A stretch of 64,000 bases of DNA from Azolla caroliniana. Lineage: Eukaryota > Plantae > Polypodiophyta. The position numbers and the translations under genes were made by a program. The stretch spans positions 17,732,001 through 17,796,000 of the forward strand of contig JBHGNT010000009.1 of assembly GCA_043228905.1 (NCBI GenBank), in the 5' to 3' direction. The notes beneath the pieces are model-generated. The model had not been told where the DNA came from and did not search any database. It saw nothing but the letters and a program-made list of their open reading frames with translations. This document shows positions 1-13,000 of this stretch, piece after piece. How positions within the stretch are numbered: position 1 is the first letter of the stretch; every line of letters begins with the position of its first letter.

Positions 1-133
1 TGATTCCACCAAGAAATAACAACCACTTATGTAATCCACTATATACAGTCTCTCAATTGGTAAAGTTGTCTCAAATACTATATGGGGGAATGACATGCTG
101 CCACAAAGTGATAGGCAGAGATGTTTTGATTAA

Positions 134-204
134 TGCATTGGCTGGGAATCGAACCCAGGTTTGTACCGTAGTACGGTACTATTTTACCAATAGACCACCA
201 ATGT
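134..204 (-). pseudogene. tRNA-Gly pseudogene (GCC-type body, anticodon loop mutated)
   Basis: 71-nt match to tRNA-Gly with A and B boxes; anticodon region altered. Confidence 0.8.
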
Positions 205-352
205 AAACAACATGTTCTCAATTGCATAATTTTCCCATTGATGACTCTAATGGTGTTTCACCATGCACAACCTATTTAAATCGTGTGAGTTGGGTCGGAG
301 GTTGTGATATGCAATTTCTTTTCATGAGATATAGTGCACATGTTTGGATCGA

Positions 353-423
353 TTCATTGAACGGGGACGGAACCTAGCTTTGTAGAATGTGCGGGATCTG
401 TTCTTCCACTAAAGCACCAATGC
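353..423 (-). pseudogene. Highly diverged tRNA-Gly-derived copy
   Basis: GCATTGGTGCTTTAGTGG 5' end retained, arms unpaired. Confidence 0.6.
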
Positions 424-690
424 ATGTGGTATTAGTTAAGACGTTTCTCACCTATGGAGAATATTTGTCTAACTTTGTGACGACCTGACTAATTATCCTT
501 CCACTAAAGCACCAATGCATGTGGTATTATAAACTTTTGGTGGCCAAACCATTTGTCCTTGACCTTCTCTATCTAATTCCACCGATAAATAACAAGCACT
601 TATGGAATCTATCAATTGGTAATGTGGTCTCAAATACTATATGAGGGAATGACATGTTGCCACAAAGTGATATGTAGATGTTTTCATTAA

Positions 691-756
691 TGCATTGGCC
701 AAGAATCTGGGTCTATACCGTGGTAGGGTACTATTCTACCACTAGAACACCAATGC
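691..756 (-). pseudogene. tRNA-Gly pseudogene with T-arm deletion
   Basis: tRNA-Gly match lacking ~5 nt of B box. Confidence 0.75.
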
Positions 757-1112
757 ACACAACATGATCTCAACTGCATATATTACCCATAGACCCATTC
801 ATCAATCTAATCTTTTTGAACTATGCACACCCTATTTAAATCGTGATTTGGGTGTGCTAAAAGGGTGGGTCAACTTGGGTACGTGCATCCTAAAAAGGGT
901 GAGTTAAAAGGGTGGCACAAAGGAACACATGCACACCACAATATTATTGTAATTTTTTGACGGCCAAACGGTTTATCCTTGACCTTCTCTATCTGATTCT
1001 ACCAAGAAATAACAACCAGTTATGTAAGGTCTATCAATTGTAAAACTTGTCTCAAATACTATATGAAGGAATGACATGTTGTGACTATGTGATATGCACA
1101 TATTTTGATTAA

Positions 1113-1183
1113 TGCATTAGTTCGGAATCTATCCCTGGTCTATACCGTGGGAGGATACTATTCTACCACTAAACCACCAATGC
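1113..1183 (-). pseudogene. tRNA-Gly pseudogene (CCC anticodon, B box mutated)
   Basis: 71-nt match to tRNA-Gly. Confidence 0.75.
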
Positions 1184-1336
1184 ACACAACATGTTCTCAA
1201 TTGCATAGTTTAACCATAGACCCATCATCAATCTAATCTTTTTGGACTATGCACATCCTATTTACATCGTGCGTTCGATCACAACTTGTGGGATGCAATT
1301 TCTTTTCGTGAGATATAGTTCACGTGTTTGGGTCAG

Positions 1337-1407
1337 TACATTGGCCGAGGACGGAACCCAGGTCTGTAGAATGGGAGGGATCTATTCTTCCACTAAAGCA
1401 CCAATGC
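1337..1407 (-). pseudogene. Diverged tRNA-Gly(CCC)-derived copy
   Basis: Acceptor stem pairs, loop CTCCCAT, anticodon stem unpaired. Confidence 0.7.
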
Positions 1408-1628
1408 ATGTGATATTAGTTAAGACGTTTCTCACCTACGGAGAATATTATTCTAACTTTTTGACGGCCAAACCGTTTATCCTGGACCTTCTCTATCTGA
1501 TGCCACCAAGAAGTAACAACCACTTATGTAATCCACTATATGTGGTCTCTCAATTGGTAAAGTTGTCTCAAATACTATATGAGGGAATGAGATGTTGCCT
1601 CAAAGTGATATGCACATGTTTGGATTAA

Positions 1629-1699
1629 TGCATTCACAAGGAATCGAAGACGAGTTTGTACTGTGGCAAGGTACTATTCTACCACTAGACCACCAATGC
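1629..1699 (-). pseudogene. tRNA-Gly(GCC) pseudogene
   Basis: 5' half near perfect, T and acceptor 3' strands mutated. Confidence 0.8.
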
Positions 1700-1852
1700 A
1701 CACAAGATATTCTCAATTGCATATTTTAGCAATAGACCCATTCGTATTCTAATATTTTTAAACTATGCACAACCTATTTACATCGTGAGTTGGGTCGCAG
1801 GTTGTGGGATGCAATTTTGTTTCGTGAGATATAGTTCACATGTTTGGATCGA

Positions 1853-1922
1853 TTCATAGCCGAGGACGGAACCTAGGTCTGTAGAATGGGAGGGATCCAT
1901 TCTTCCACTAAATAACCAATGT
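1853..1922 (-). pseudogene. Diverged tRNA-Gly(CCC)-derived copy
   Basis: Paralogous position to 1337 copy. Confidence 0.6.
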
Positions 1923-2143
1923 ATGTGGTATTATTTAAGACATTTCTTACCCACGGAGAATATTATTCTAACTTTCTGACGGACAAACCATTTTTCCTTG
2001 ACCCTCTCTATCTGATGCCACCAAGAAATAACAACTACTTATATAATCCAGTATATGTGTTGTCTCAATTGGTAAAGTTATCTCAAATACTATATGAGAG
2101 AATGACATGTTGCCACAAAGTGATATGCACATGTTTAGATTAA

Positions 2144-2214
2144 TGTATTTGTTGGGAATCGAACCCGTGTTTGTATCGTGGCAAAGTACTATTCTACCAC
2201 TAGACCACCAGTGC
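2144..2214 (-). pseudogene. tRNA-Gly(GCC) pseudogene
   Basis: A box and GGTTCGATTCC B box present, stems mismatched. Confidence 0.8.
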
Positions 2215-2719
2215 ACACAACATGTTCTCAATTGCATATTTTACCCATAGACCCATTTATAATAACCAAGATCATTAATCCTAAAATAAAGACATAAGTA
2301 ACACAAACATACTGAAAATACGCGTTTCCACCCATCAGCCCTCGCGCCAGAGTCAATAACGCAGATGAGGAATCCCCCGATCTGTACCATACCAGCCAGG
2401 ATCTCCACATTAGGACCTTGGTAGAGGACTAGTCCACATCAAAGAGAGCTTCGTCAGAAACACTCATGGGCCCCCCCTTGACTAAGGAGAGTATCCCCTA
2501 TTTATAGGACCTAGGCCATGTAATGGCAACTACCTAACCAATCATGTGTGGGGTACGCAATGACACACATTAGGTCAGTCCAAGAAAGCCGAGGACTCAG
2601 ATATTTACAATATGATAGCCCCCAACTAAGCACGTCTAAATCTTTTGGCATCTTGGCATCCTAGATATGGTTGAGTAGCAGATCACCAACACTAGACGCG
2701 AAGTAGTACATTACCCTAC

Positions 2720-3430
2720 TTGTTGCTTGTTCCCAAGACGGGAAGTCCCTATGTGTCGCATCAGGTGCCATATCGTTAGCTCCGTCGACATAACTCTAGT
2801 AGCCATGCCCAAGCAGGTACTGGTGCATCTTGTACGACCAAGATGCGTAGTTGGATCTGTCGAGCTTCTCCGTCGGAAGCGAGCTAGCCACTCCTCGGTC
2901 CATTCTCTCCTTCTCTTCTGTTCTGTATCGAGTATTAGGTTTTGTCTTCAGAAATCACTCGTTGGCCGCAGAGGTGCTCAACCCTCGCGCTCTAATACCA
3001 TGAAAAAGATATTGTGCAGAAGCTAAGACAAAACTGGCTAGTATGAATAACATCAAATCACAGAAAGGAGGTTTAATGGAAAGCTTGAATACACGGGAGA
3101 GACTGAGAGAGCAGAACAAAATTCAATTCAAAATAATAATACTTTGTACATATAAATGTCCTATAGAACACTTTTTATACAAGTCCTTAAAAGTATTGAC
3201 AGAAGTACTGACATGTACTTCAATGCTCATACGAGCGACTGACACTGACTCCTAAAAATTTGCCTACATACTAGGCTAGATTTGTAGGCCTCTAATGGCC
3301 TACTTGTTCATCCTGATCCAGATTACGATCTGGCTCTTTGATCCGCGCTGGCTTATTCAGCTGATTCAGATTCGGTTGAGCTTGTCTGCTCAACAAATAC
3401 CGATCTTGTGCATGTCTTAATTGGGGACAT
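2720..3430 (-). mobile_element. Copia-type LTR retrotransposon remnant (5' LTR part, PBS, gag start)
   Basis: PBS TGGTATTAGAGC (tRNA-iMet type) on minus at 2989-3000 abutting a ...CA LTR end; gag-like YDMAPDATHRDFPSWEQA downstream; boundaries approximate. Confidence 0.55.
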
Positions 3431-4819
3431 TGAAATTGGCACTTGCATCAAAGGTACAGTCGTAGAATGGTACAAGCATGACAAGAAATATGTGAGAGTG
3501 GTAGATTTGCACCTCGTGCAATTTGTAGGGATCAAAGGTCAAGACTTAAAGATGCTAAGAGGATACTTGAAAGGTATGTCACTGATACTTCCACATTGCA
3601 TATTGTGGACGTGGCCTAATATTGGTTTAGAATATTGAGCTTGTTGTATAATTTCTCGCTCCAATGCTCATATTGTGATTGCCAAGACCTTGTGAGTAAA
3701 TATAAGCATTTACTCGGAATCCAAATGATTATTGAGAGGCACATGCCATACCTCTATCGGTTGTTGTTTTTTATAGATCATGTAGCCCAAATGCGAATGG
3801 ACCATATCACATAAATAGAAGTGGAGCCAGAGGTAGAACCATCCAGGGAGACAAACCCTACAACAAAGGAGATGGAATCATGGAAGTCCAAAATACAAAC
3901 GACCGAGGAAGCTATTCAATGTCTTAAGCAAGGGTTAGGATCCTTCGACCATGCAACTATTTTGGAATGTGTACAGACATTGGAAGATCTTATTGAGAAG
4001 GTGTATTGTGTTGGTGCACTGAAATCAGCCAATGAAGAGGTTTTTGCCTTGGAATTTGAATATTTTTTGTCTCCGAACCCAAAACTACATTTTTTGTAAG
4101 AAACATCGTAGGGTAGAGAATTTGTGTTAATTGAAGTTGATTTGTTATTTGAAGTTTTAAGTTTTAGGTTGATTTGTTATTTGAAGCTTTAAGTTTTAAG
4201 ATTGTGTAATTCTTGAGTTTTAAGTTTTAAATTTTGTGTAATTGGAAGTTTTAGATTTTTTGAGGAATTTTAATGCAAGATTTTGAGGGCAAATTTTTGT
4301 TTTACACTTTGAATTTTTTATGTCTATTTTTTAGTCGGGCTCCTAGTGATAGAGGTTATCAGCTTTACACCGTCCGTGCACGCAATTCCCTCACCGGACC
4401 TATTAATGATTTGGTAGTAGTTAGAGACAAGCATATGTACGCATGCACGGATGCATGTATGTGTGTCTAGTGTCCACTAGAAAAGTGATTAGCTGGCTCA
4501 ATGATCAACTAATTGCAATGCTAACATTGGAGATGAGGAGCTCTTTCTACACGATTAAGGGCACGTCCAATAGGTTATAGGTGGGCCCATATTATGAACC
4601 ATATGTGCATTTGCATTTTAGAATGTTTCAATCATTTGTGTATGATAAATGCCCTTGAAGTATGGTAAATACCATACTTTTGTATTCATTATTTATTATA
4701 AGGTAAGAAATTTAAGGTAAAAAGTGTAAAGAAAAAAACATAAGAATGTTTTGATAACATACGCATTCATATGAAAAAGAATGTTTGTCAATGCATTTGA
4801 GTATATTATGTACTATGGG

Positions 4820-5500
4820 TGGGCCACATTGTAGCAAGAGCCATTGTTCCCAATGTATCCATGATCAGATTCACCCACAATAGTTGAACGAGAGTCAATG
4901 GCATCTTCTCTAATGACACAGCAACTACACAATTTATGGTTCCCAATGTATCCATGATCAGATTCACCCACAATAGTTGGATGAGAGTCAATGCCACCTC
5001 CTCTAATGATATGAAAAACCACAATCAATTGGAATTAGATGAATTTGTGCATGTTGAAAGAAATCCAACATCCCCATTGTCAATGGCACCTCCCTTGATG
5101 TTGCAATGAATCCATTAGATTCACCCACAAATAGTTGAACGATAGTCGATGGCAACCGTAAAGTTTACAAAGAGTGTTGCGACATTCACAATCAATTGGA
5201 ATCAAATGAATTTCTATATGTTGCAAGAAATCCATCGGCCCCATTGTCAATAACACATCCCCTGATATTGCAATAAATCCATCATGTTTGCCCACAATAG
5301 CTAAACAATGGCACCTGCTATAAGGATACTACTGCCATAAAGTTATTTATTATTATTTAAATGAAGATATCATTTTACAAGATTTTAAACTCTATGTGAT
5401 TGGCAAAGGAAACGACCATTTTGGACGTTGAAGGTTTATGGAGAGTGTTAGACATTCACAGTCAATCAAACTCAATGATTTTCTGTATGTTGGAAAAAAT
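4820..5500 (-). pseudogene. Repeated fragments of a P2B Ca2+-ATPase (ACA) gene
   Basis: PLTLVQLLWVNLIMDTLGTMALAT twice (93-bp duplication) plus degenerate WGR...NIQKFIQFQLTVNV-like segments near 5021, 5183, 5455. Confidence 0.75.
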
Positions 5501-6089
5501 CCAAATTGGAGAGGCTTGGCAAATGCCGCTTTCTTTCCTCATTTAATTAGTTTTGGAGTTCTCTTCATTTGATAGCAAGATCCCCATCTTGAAGGATCCC
5601 ACACTCTACACATTTGCTTTAGTGGTGATGAAGTTGTTTTTATTGACCATTTGTACATTGATACGAATTGGCTTTGCGAACCCCAACAATCATGAGAAGG
5701 GTCAAGTTATGACCAAGGAGAATCTCTCAATTCTCTATCATATAATCATGACTTGGGGATTTCCACAAGGTCAACATCCATATATGTGAAAGCTATGGAA
5801 CATAAGCTCTCAAAAAGCCACACCGTCTAATTTCTCACATCAATCGACTTCTCCCATTGCTTGTAATGGGGATTGTGGAATTATTTGATGATATCATCTT
5901 ATTTTTGTTGATGATATTATTGTTTGGGAAAGCGCTATTTGCCCCCCCATTTTTTTTACAATTTCCGATAGTTATCACCTCGTTCAGCAACATGTCTCAA
6001 CAAGCATCTTCAGCTTCAATTATCGATGGTATATCAACGGCTTGTAGACTAACTGAAACAACATATGTTATCATCCAATCTAGTGGTGG

Positions 6090-6240
6090 TGACTAGGAAG
6101 CGAGGTCGCCCTGCAAGGTCGAAGAACAAAAAGGCCAACCAAAGGGAGAAGTCACTATTTGAGTACTCTACCGGTCGCAAATGTTCCAAATGTGGTCAAG
6201 CTGGTCACAATGCACGCGCTTGCGATATGCGAGAATCTAA
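6090..6240 (+). mobile_element. MULE-like transposase C-terminal remnant
   Basis: RKRGRP...RKCSKCGQAGHNARAC basic motif plus CCHC knuckle typical of the MuDR C-terminus. Confidence 0.45.
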
Positions 6241-6339
6241 TGTTTTCCTGTTGTTTTCGAATGTTTTATTTTATTTTAAAGAAGATGTCCTATCATTAGT
6301 GTAAACATTTTACAAGATTTTTAAAATCTATGTGATCAG

Positions 6340-6600
6340 CGGGGGAAACAACCATTTCGGAGTCTGAAAGCCAATAAGGAGTACCGTAATTGGATGTCAT
6401 GAATGGACTAGCTGTCCAAACGATAATAAACTCATGCCATTGAGCAATTTTGGCATCCGAATCTCCAACTATACCATCCCATTGACCCTTTAAAGTATGG
6501 ACTATGTCCAACCAAATATTTGAAACCAATTCAGGTGGTGATGTTTTAAGTTGATGGAAAATGAGAGAGCACCGAGCCTTTTAGATGTGATATACAGTGG
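6340..6600 (-). mobile_element. L1-like LINE 3'-end fragment
   Basis: WLDIVHTLKGQWD...NYGTPYWL resembles the ORF2 C-terminus of the L1 at 35545-36078 (FLVHIVKGEYD...NYVPPRWL). Confidence 0.5.
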
Positions 6601-6767
6601 TACTACTCAATATCTCCCATATTGGTTGGACTTCCTTTCGTATTCCCGAAAACTGTAATGACAACGATGGTAATGTATGAACACTTCCAGATTTAGTGTA
6701 AAATCCATGGTCCATAGATTGTTTTCGAATGTTTGAAACATGGCTTCAATTTGATTTGATGTCATTG

Positions 6768-6906
6768 TATGTATGTATGTATGTATGTATGTATGTATGT
6801 ATGTATGTATGTATGTATGTATGTATGCATGTATGCATGCATGCATGTATGTGTGGATGTATGTATGTATGTATGTATGTATGTATGTATGTATGTATGT
6901 ATGTAT
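6768..6906. repeat. (TATG)n microsatellite
   Basis: About 35 near-perfect units. Confidence 0.95.
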
Positions 6907-6972
6907 CTCGACTATGCTGAGTGTCTTCCTTAAAACCCTTTCACCATACATATACCCTCTGCTCTACTAAGC

Positions 6973-6980
6973 TAGGGTTT
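6973..6980 (-). promoter_or_regulatory. Telo-box (AAACCCTA) upstream of a ribosomal protein gene
   Basis: TAGGGTTT about 80 bp before the ATG; telo-boxes are common in plant translation-machinery gene promoters. Confidence 0.45.
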
Positions 6981-7056
6981 TCTGTCTTTCTTCGCAGTTG
7001 GGCGATGGCGATTGCTTTGTCCTGATCCTTTCTTTACTTCTTCGTCTCCTTCTTCA

Positions 7057-10000
7057 ATGGGTCGTCTTCATCGCATTGCCTCTTCAGCCGCTTCTCGTCT
7101 TAGAACAAAACACTCTGCTTTCTGGCCTTCTTCACATGTTACTAATCGTCATCCAATCACTCTTCCTCTGCGAGAATTCCACTCTTTAGATCGACCTTTC
7201 CTGTCTGGATCTCACAGGATATTGCCCTCTTTTAGGTCTTTTTCAGGTATTTCGGATGTCGATGATAGCAGAGCAGAAGCTCTAGAGAAGCTGAAAGGCA
7301 TGGTGGATGCATGGATTAATATACAAAATGATGGCGAGTTCATATTTGAAGATGAAAGCAAGATTGATGATGGTAGCAGTAGTAATAACGCGACCAAATT
7401 GTTGAGTACATTCGGGTTAGTAGATGAATGGAATCTAGAGGATTGGAAAGAGACAGAGGTAGACATGGTCAGAGAAGGTACGAAGAATTTAGCATCAGGA
7501 TTTAGTGGAGAGGATGTGCAAGGAGAATTTAGAAGGAAACAAGAAGGAAAAACTCAACCTACTCCGAAAGCAAAGAAAGTGTTTGGTATGGATGAAGGGT
7601 TACCCCCGCGAGTGTTAGTAGAATTTTGTGAATCCACCAGCCTTGCTGATCTTGTTGATTCAGATGTCAACAAACTGTTCAATCTGAGGTTAGTAGTATC
7701 TCTAATTTTTATTTATTTTTCTGCACACGAGGAAAACATACATCCATGGACACTTGCTGTAGTGGACATCATTGATATATTTTCATTAAAAATACATATT
7801 TTCCCTTTGCATAACCTTATGCCAATGAGTACACATAATCACGAGTATCTACCTACATTTTCACCAGAAAAGAAGCATCAAATTCTTTCTATTGCCCTGA
7901 GATGGGGCCTTATTTATGTACTCTGATTTCTGGACAAAATCATCATTTGCATTTACTTAATCTTATATTAATTCATACCGACAGTCACAACAAATAACAC
8001 CTCTTACATTGCACAAAAGTACATATTTCCTTGTCATCTGTATTCACATAATCATGAAATTCTTCTTGACCTGCCTTCATTGTTGCAAGAACCAATGGTT
8101 ATGTGTACATGCATAGTAATGGATAATTGTCTGAAGTAAAGGAATCAATTGATGAAAAGGTAAGGTGATGAAACAAAACAGAATGAATGGAGAAGACATG
8201 ATATAGGAAGATTGAAAAATCCCTGCTGAAAAAACTATTAAGAGTGCTAGAAAGAAGGAACAGAGACTGACAATGAATAGTGACAGAAGCAGAAGTGAGT
8301 TTCAGAACGAAACAAAGATGTACTACTAGTAGGTGGGGGATAGATGTGGTTCCTAACATATTTACAGAACTCTCCAAAGGGATTTTCCTAATTTGGCTGA
8401 AAATATAGGAGAAAATTTATCATAGAAGATATGAGGAGGATTTATAGAAAATCATAGGAGAGGATTCATGTGACTAAAATGGTTGGAGTCGACACATCAT
8501 TGCAAATCTAGGCATGAGCTGGATCCTCCCAAGTAGCTGGAAGATGTAGACAACTAGTGACTGACAGATTTTGTCATATACCAATGATAGAATTTTAAAC
8601 ATCATCCGTAGGCCATTAGCATGTTGTTATTTGCTCGTTTCTTTGAGAAGGGTGTTAGAAATATTTATAATAAGTAATGCATACAACTCTTTCGCTTTCT
8701 TCTGAGGGATGAATTTCAGCCATATTAATGGCATGAAGACATTTTACATTGGCTGATTTAATGGCTAAGCTGATAATAATGTGGGGTTATAAGACAGCTG
8801 ATGGAGGATTTTTGGGTGGAGAGTTTTTCCCGTGCCTTTTGTTTGGATAATCGTATTTTAAATTTGGGTTAATCTAATAGTGTTTGTAAGGGATCGTAGA
8901 TCCTTACTCTTGACCATATCTCGTTTGTTGATTGATCTTTTTATGTGTGTTGTTTGATGATGTCTTTGTAATTGATTTTATTTAGCACCTGCCTTGCAGC
9001 AAGGAAGATGAAACACAGTTTTATTCTGAAGGTTTACCGAAAAGTTACACCAAGGAATTCAATATCAGTGGCACTAATTCCCTCTTAATAAGAAGTCAGT
9101 TCTTGAAGCTGGTTTCTCACTTTAGATATCTGGCTAAGAAGAAGACTTCAGGTGACATATCTTCTGCACTAGAGGAATCAGAGAGTGCTAGTCGCAAGAA
9201 AGCTAACTTACTACAGTCGATAAACCATATGTGTAAGTAGCCCAAATCTGTAAGTGAATTCTATGCATCTTTACTATTTATCATAATCAATTTGGTTGAA
9301 GTTTCATAATTCTGCTGTTGCGGAACTGAATACACTGCATAAGTCCTTTAACTGATCAAGATTTGGATGGAAGCTTAGAGTATGAAAATAAAATCTCTCG
9401 TAAAATTTTGGTTCATATACATTAACATAGATCTAGTGTCTTAGTGGTCATCCTTGTAATGTCACTCCTAATGTCCTTGTATAGGTTTGATTTGAAATGA
9501 GGGAAAGGGCTTCCATGTTGATGATTGTGAACCACTCAATCACAGATTGGGAAGCGCTTGGAATATTGTTAAACCCATTTTTAGTGATCACAGGATTGCA
9601 TTTCCTGGCATTGTCTTTATCTTGGCCTGACATGCGGGCCAAAACATGCATTCTCATGACCTGATAGCAAGAGTTGATGCATCAAGGATCCATAGAAATA
9701 AAATTTCCTTGTGAAAGGAACCCTTGTACATACATGTGACCAACATCACATAGTATAGTTGTATTTCTTTCATATATCCATCATTGACACCAATAGCACC
9801 TTTATATGTGATTCCTTTTCTCTGAGCTTTTGAGTAGCATGGTCAGCAGCTGCGTTATCAGACCATGGCAAGATGTGTTCCATGTTTATGATGTTTGAGC
9901 ATCTTATTCTGCTTTTTTATTTTTTCAACTGTAAGTTAGCTTAAGCCCTCTGATTTGATGGCAGCTTGAAATAATAGCAAAGTAATATATAAACATATTT

Positions 10001-13000
10001 TTTGCATTCCCTCTACCATATTTTAACTTATTTATGTAGCAATTTTATTTTATTTTTTATAATGTTTTGGCTGTGTAAAACAATGTGAATACCTGTAGAT
10101 TGAATGCTATGCTTGTCAAACAATGTGATGAGGATACTTGTTTATATTTGAATGAAATGGAATATGCGTTGCAGCTGTGAATCAAAGAAAAAAGCTAGCA
10201 AGAGAGCGTCGACTATTGGATAAAGCAGATCTCGCCACAAAAGAACGTATAGTGCTTGATGGGCTTCCTGGCAGTGGAAAAAGTATTGTGCTTGGTATGC
10301 TTGTCCAGTGGGCCCGTAGTGAAGGGTGGCTAGTTTGCTATATTCCTAGTGGAAGGAAATGGACTCACAATGAGTTATACTACAAAAATCAGTCCAGTGG
10401 GTTGTGGGATACTCCTGTACAAGCTGCTTCTATGCTTAAGGTTTGTGTTTATTGCAATTTCAAAGATTTGGTACTAAACTTTCACCTGTCACTATTCACA
10501 TGTAGCGGATCAAATAGTTTTATTTAAGTTTTTCTGTCTTAATGAAAATAAAATAACATTTCCATACAATGCAAGTTTAAAGTACTGACAAATGTGCTCA
10601 ATTTGGTAATAACATGAATTATATATGTGACAAGCTTGAAGGATCAAATACTGGAATTGTTTTATCCATAGTACCTATAATATAACTGAAGAGTATACTG
10701 CAGGCTGTTGACAGGAATATCCTTTTCATTATGACCAAAGAACTGATACATAACAAGACAGTGGAATGTGTCATTTGATCTATTGAGGTGCACATTTTTG
10801 CAATGTGTATCCTGGTCTTTGTTAAAATAAATAAGGTTGTAATTGGTTAGTACCTGTAAAAGGTTCGACTTAACATAGGTTATGGATAGATGGGTGTTAA
10901 TACTGTACTCATAGCGTCTACTACCATGATTCCAACTTTGAATAAAAACGAATTGCCTGTCGGTGACAACTCCTGGGAATACTAATGATTCTGATGCAAA
11001 TCCACTCATTCCTGGTTATGCTAAATATGCAAATGAAAAGTTGGTCAACGTTGTAAATAGTCTAGGCATTTGCCACCCCCTTCAGTTGATCCAAAAGAAT
11101 GAGTATAGGTTTGATTGTATGGTCCCTGTGAGGAAGAAAAGTGTGCCACTTATCAGACCATGGGAGATCATTTGTATTACTGATTGAAGCATATAAGTCA
11201 AATATAAGGACAATGAAATGTCTTTTTGTTCCATCGTCACATCTGCATTAGCAGATGCTGGAATTTGGCAGTTTTTTGAATCTACATGGTTCCATTTGCT
11301 TGTCTTGTGTTAACAACTATTCTGTTTGAATAACTTTGCATAGAAGTGCCTTTTTAGTTCTTTGATGTTTAGACCTTAATGTAGTATTGTTGACCTATGC
11401 TTTCACTGTTTCATTCAGCCATCTGATACGCCAGTTGCATAAAAAGGTGTGTGCTGTATAAGTATTGTGCAGGACAGTTTGACATTTCTAGTGAAAGATG
11501 GGAAATTGAATATATATTTGCCTTTGACCAGTATACGAAGAAGACTAACCTAATTTGTCTTGAACCTGTGGATGCCAGAGATATTCTTAAATGTAGGTGT
11601 ACAGCGAATAACTTGGGAATATGATAAAAAGGGACACTATTAAAATATGACCTGGATTTCAGGAAATTGTGAAGAGTTATGGTTAATGCCCTAGAAGTTA
11701 TACCATGTCACGGTTGGAAGTATGGAATGGATATGGCCACTTGAAATTTGTTTTTTTTGTTTCATTTGTAGCTTAAAGTATTTAGAAAAAAGAAGAGAAA
11801 GAATCTAAAAGAAACATGGTATTTATTTGCAGGACTTTTTGAAGAGTCACAATGACATCTTAGAATCTATTCCATGTCGAATTTTTGATCGCATACCTCT
11901 TGGTGAGGGTCCTGGGATTGGGCTTGTATCAGGGCCTCAAGAGGTGAGTTTGAAAAGCGGTTCCACATTGAAAGACCTTATTCAGTTGGGAATAGACTCT
12001 CCTCATGCATCAGTTGGTGTGGTGGTACGCCTACGGAAAGAACTATCTCTGGTTGAGGAGGTTCCTGTTCTTATTGCAGTGGATGAGGTATGCCGCTATC
12101 TGTATTAGATATTTATAGAAGTTTGATATTATATGAAATGCAGATGATGCTTAAGAACACCTGAAGTGTTTTTATGGCGCAGTTCAATAGCTGGTTCACT
12201 TTCAGTGGCTTTCATGAAAGTTTCAATGATTTTGGCAGGAGACAAATTCATGCTAGGGAACTTGCAATGGTATATACTTTCTCCTTTAAAAACATGTCTC
12301 CATAATGAACTTCTAAAATATTCTTCAGTTTTGTCAACTTAGTGTTGAAGTTTATTTTTGCTTTTCTACAACAAAGATATCCAGTTTTAATTACTTCTGG
12401 ATTTCTTCGTACCTGTTGTCAATCTGCTTCAAGTTATTGCTGTCTAGATTGTAGATAAATAATCATAGATTAATGGGTATTTATCAAGGGAATGAACAGA
12501 TATGACACGTTATTGAGAACTAGATGTTGATTCAGCCCAACACGAGATTGTGGATCCAAATTTAATTATTTTACTGTGGTGGCAGTTCATGAACGCCAAT
12601 CATTTGCTAGTTAGCATGTTTAAAACCATTTAGGTAATGCATGATATATGTTCTTGAAATTTACAGGTGAATGCTTTTCGGGATATGACATATGGTCCTT
12701 TCATGGTTGGGGCTTTTTCACACTGTAACAATGTTGGAAAGCTTCCTAAACAACTGCCTGGAATTCCACTTGAAAGCAAGGTGTTCCTGAATCGGTATGA
12801 TTTTATGGAAGCGAGTGTTATGCTAAAGCTTTACATCAGGTACTTGCTCAAGTCTTTTCTGATGGCTGTGAGAACTTTCTGTTGTTTTTTTCAATGGCTG
12901 TGGCTAACTTTCTGCTGTTGTTTTCAATTCTGTGAATCTTGAAAGAGACTTTGAAATACTCAACTTTTCTCCTTGGCTATCTTTGACAAATGATCTCGTT

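Larger units (their letters stand above)
1..2258 (-). repeat. Tandem array of degenerate tRNA-Gly genes, ~515-bp unit with two tRNA-derived segments per unit; continues off the left edge
   Basis: Reverse complement of tRNA-Gly recurs at 134, 691, 1113, 1629, 2144 (last spacings 516, 515) with a more diverged CCC-type copy at 353, 1337, 1853; spacers align unit to unit. Confidence 0.9.

Noticed and set aside
1242-2237. Repeated short ORFs in the tRNA arrays (also 49944-53022, 57374-59334)
   Set aside because: Chance translations of tRNA and spacer repeats; frames are not conserved between units
3821-4420. 92-aa ORF and AT-rich short repeats as a gene or CACTA end
   Set aside because: No recognisable domain and no paired termini or TSD
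6607-6970. YIHT/MYVC repeat proteins (also 42969-43247)
   Set aside because: Translations of (TATG)n microsatellites
7689-7926. C-terminal part of the 304-aa ORF as coding
   Set aside because: Read-through into intron 1 after the AG|GTTAG donor at 7688
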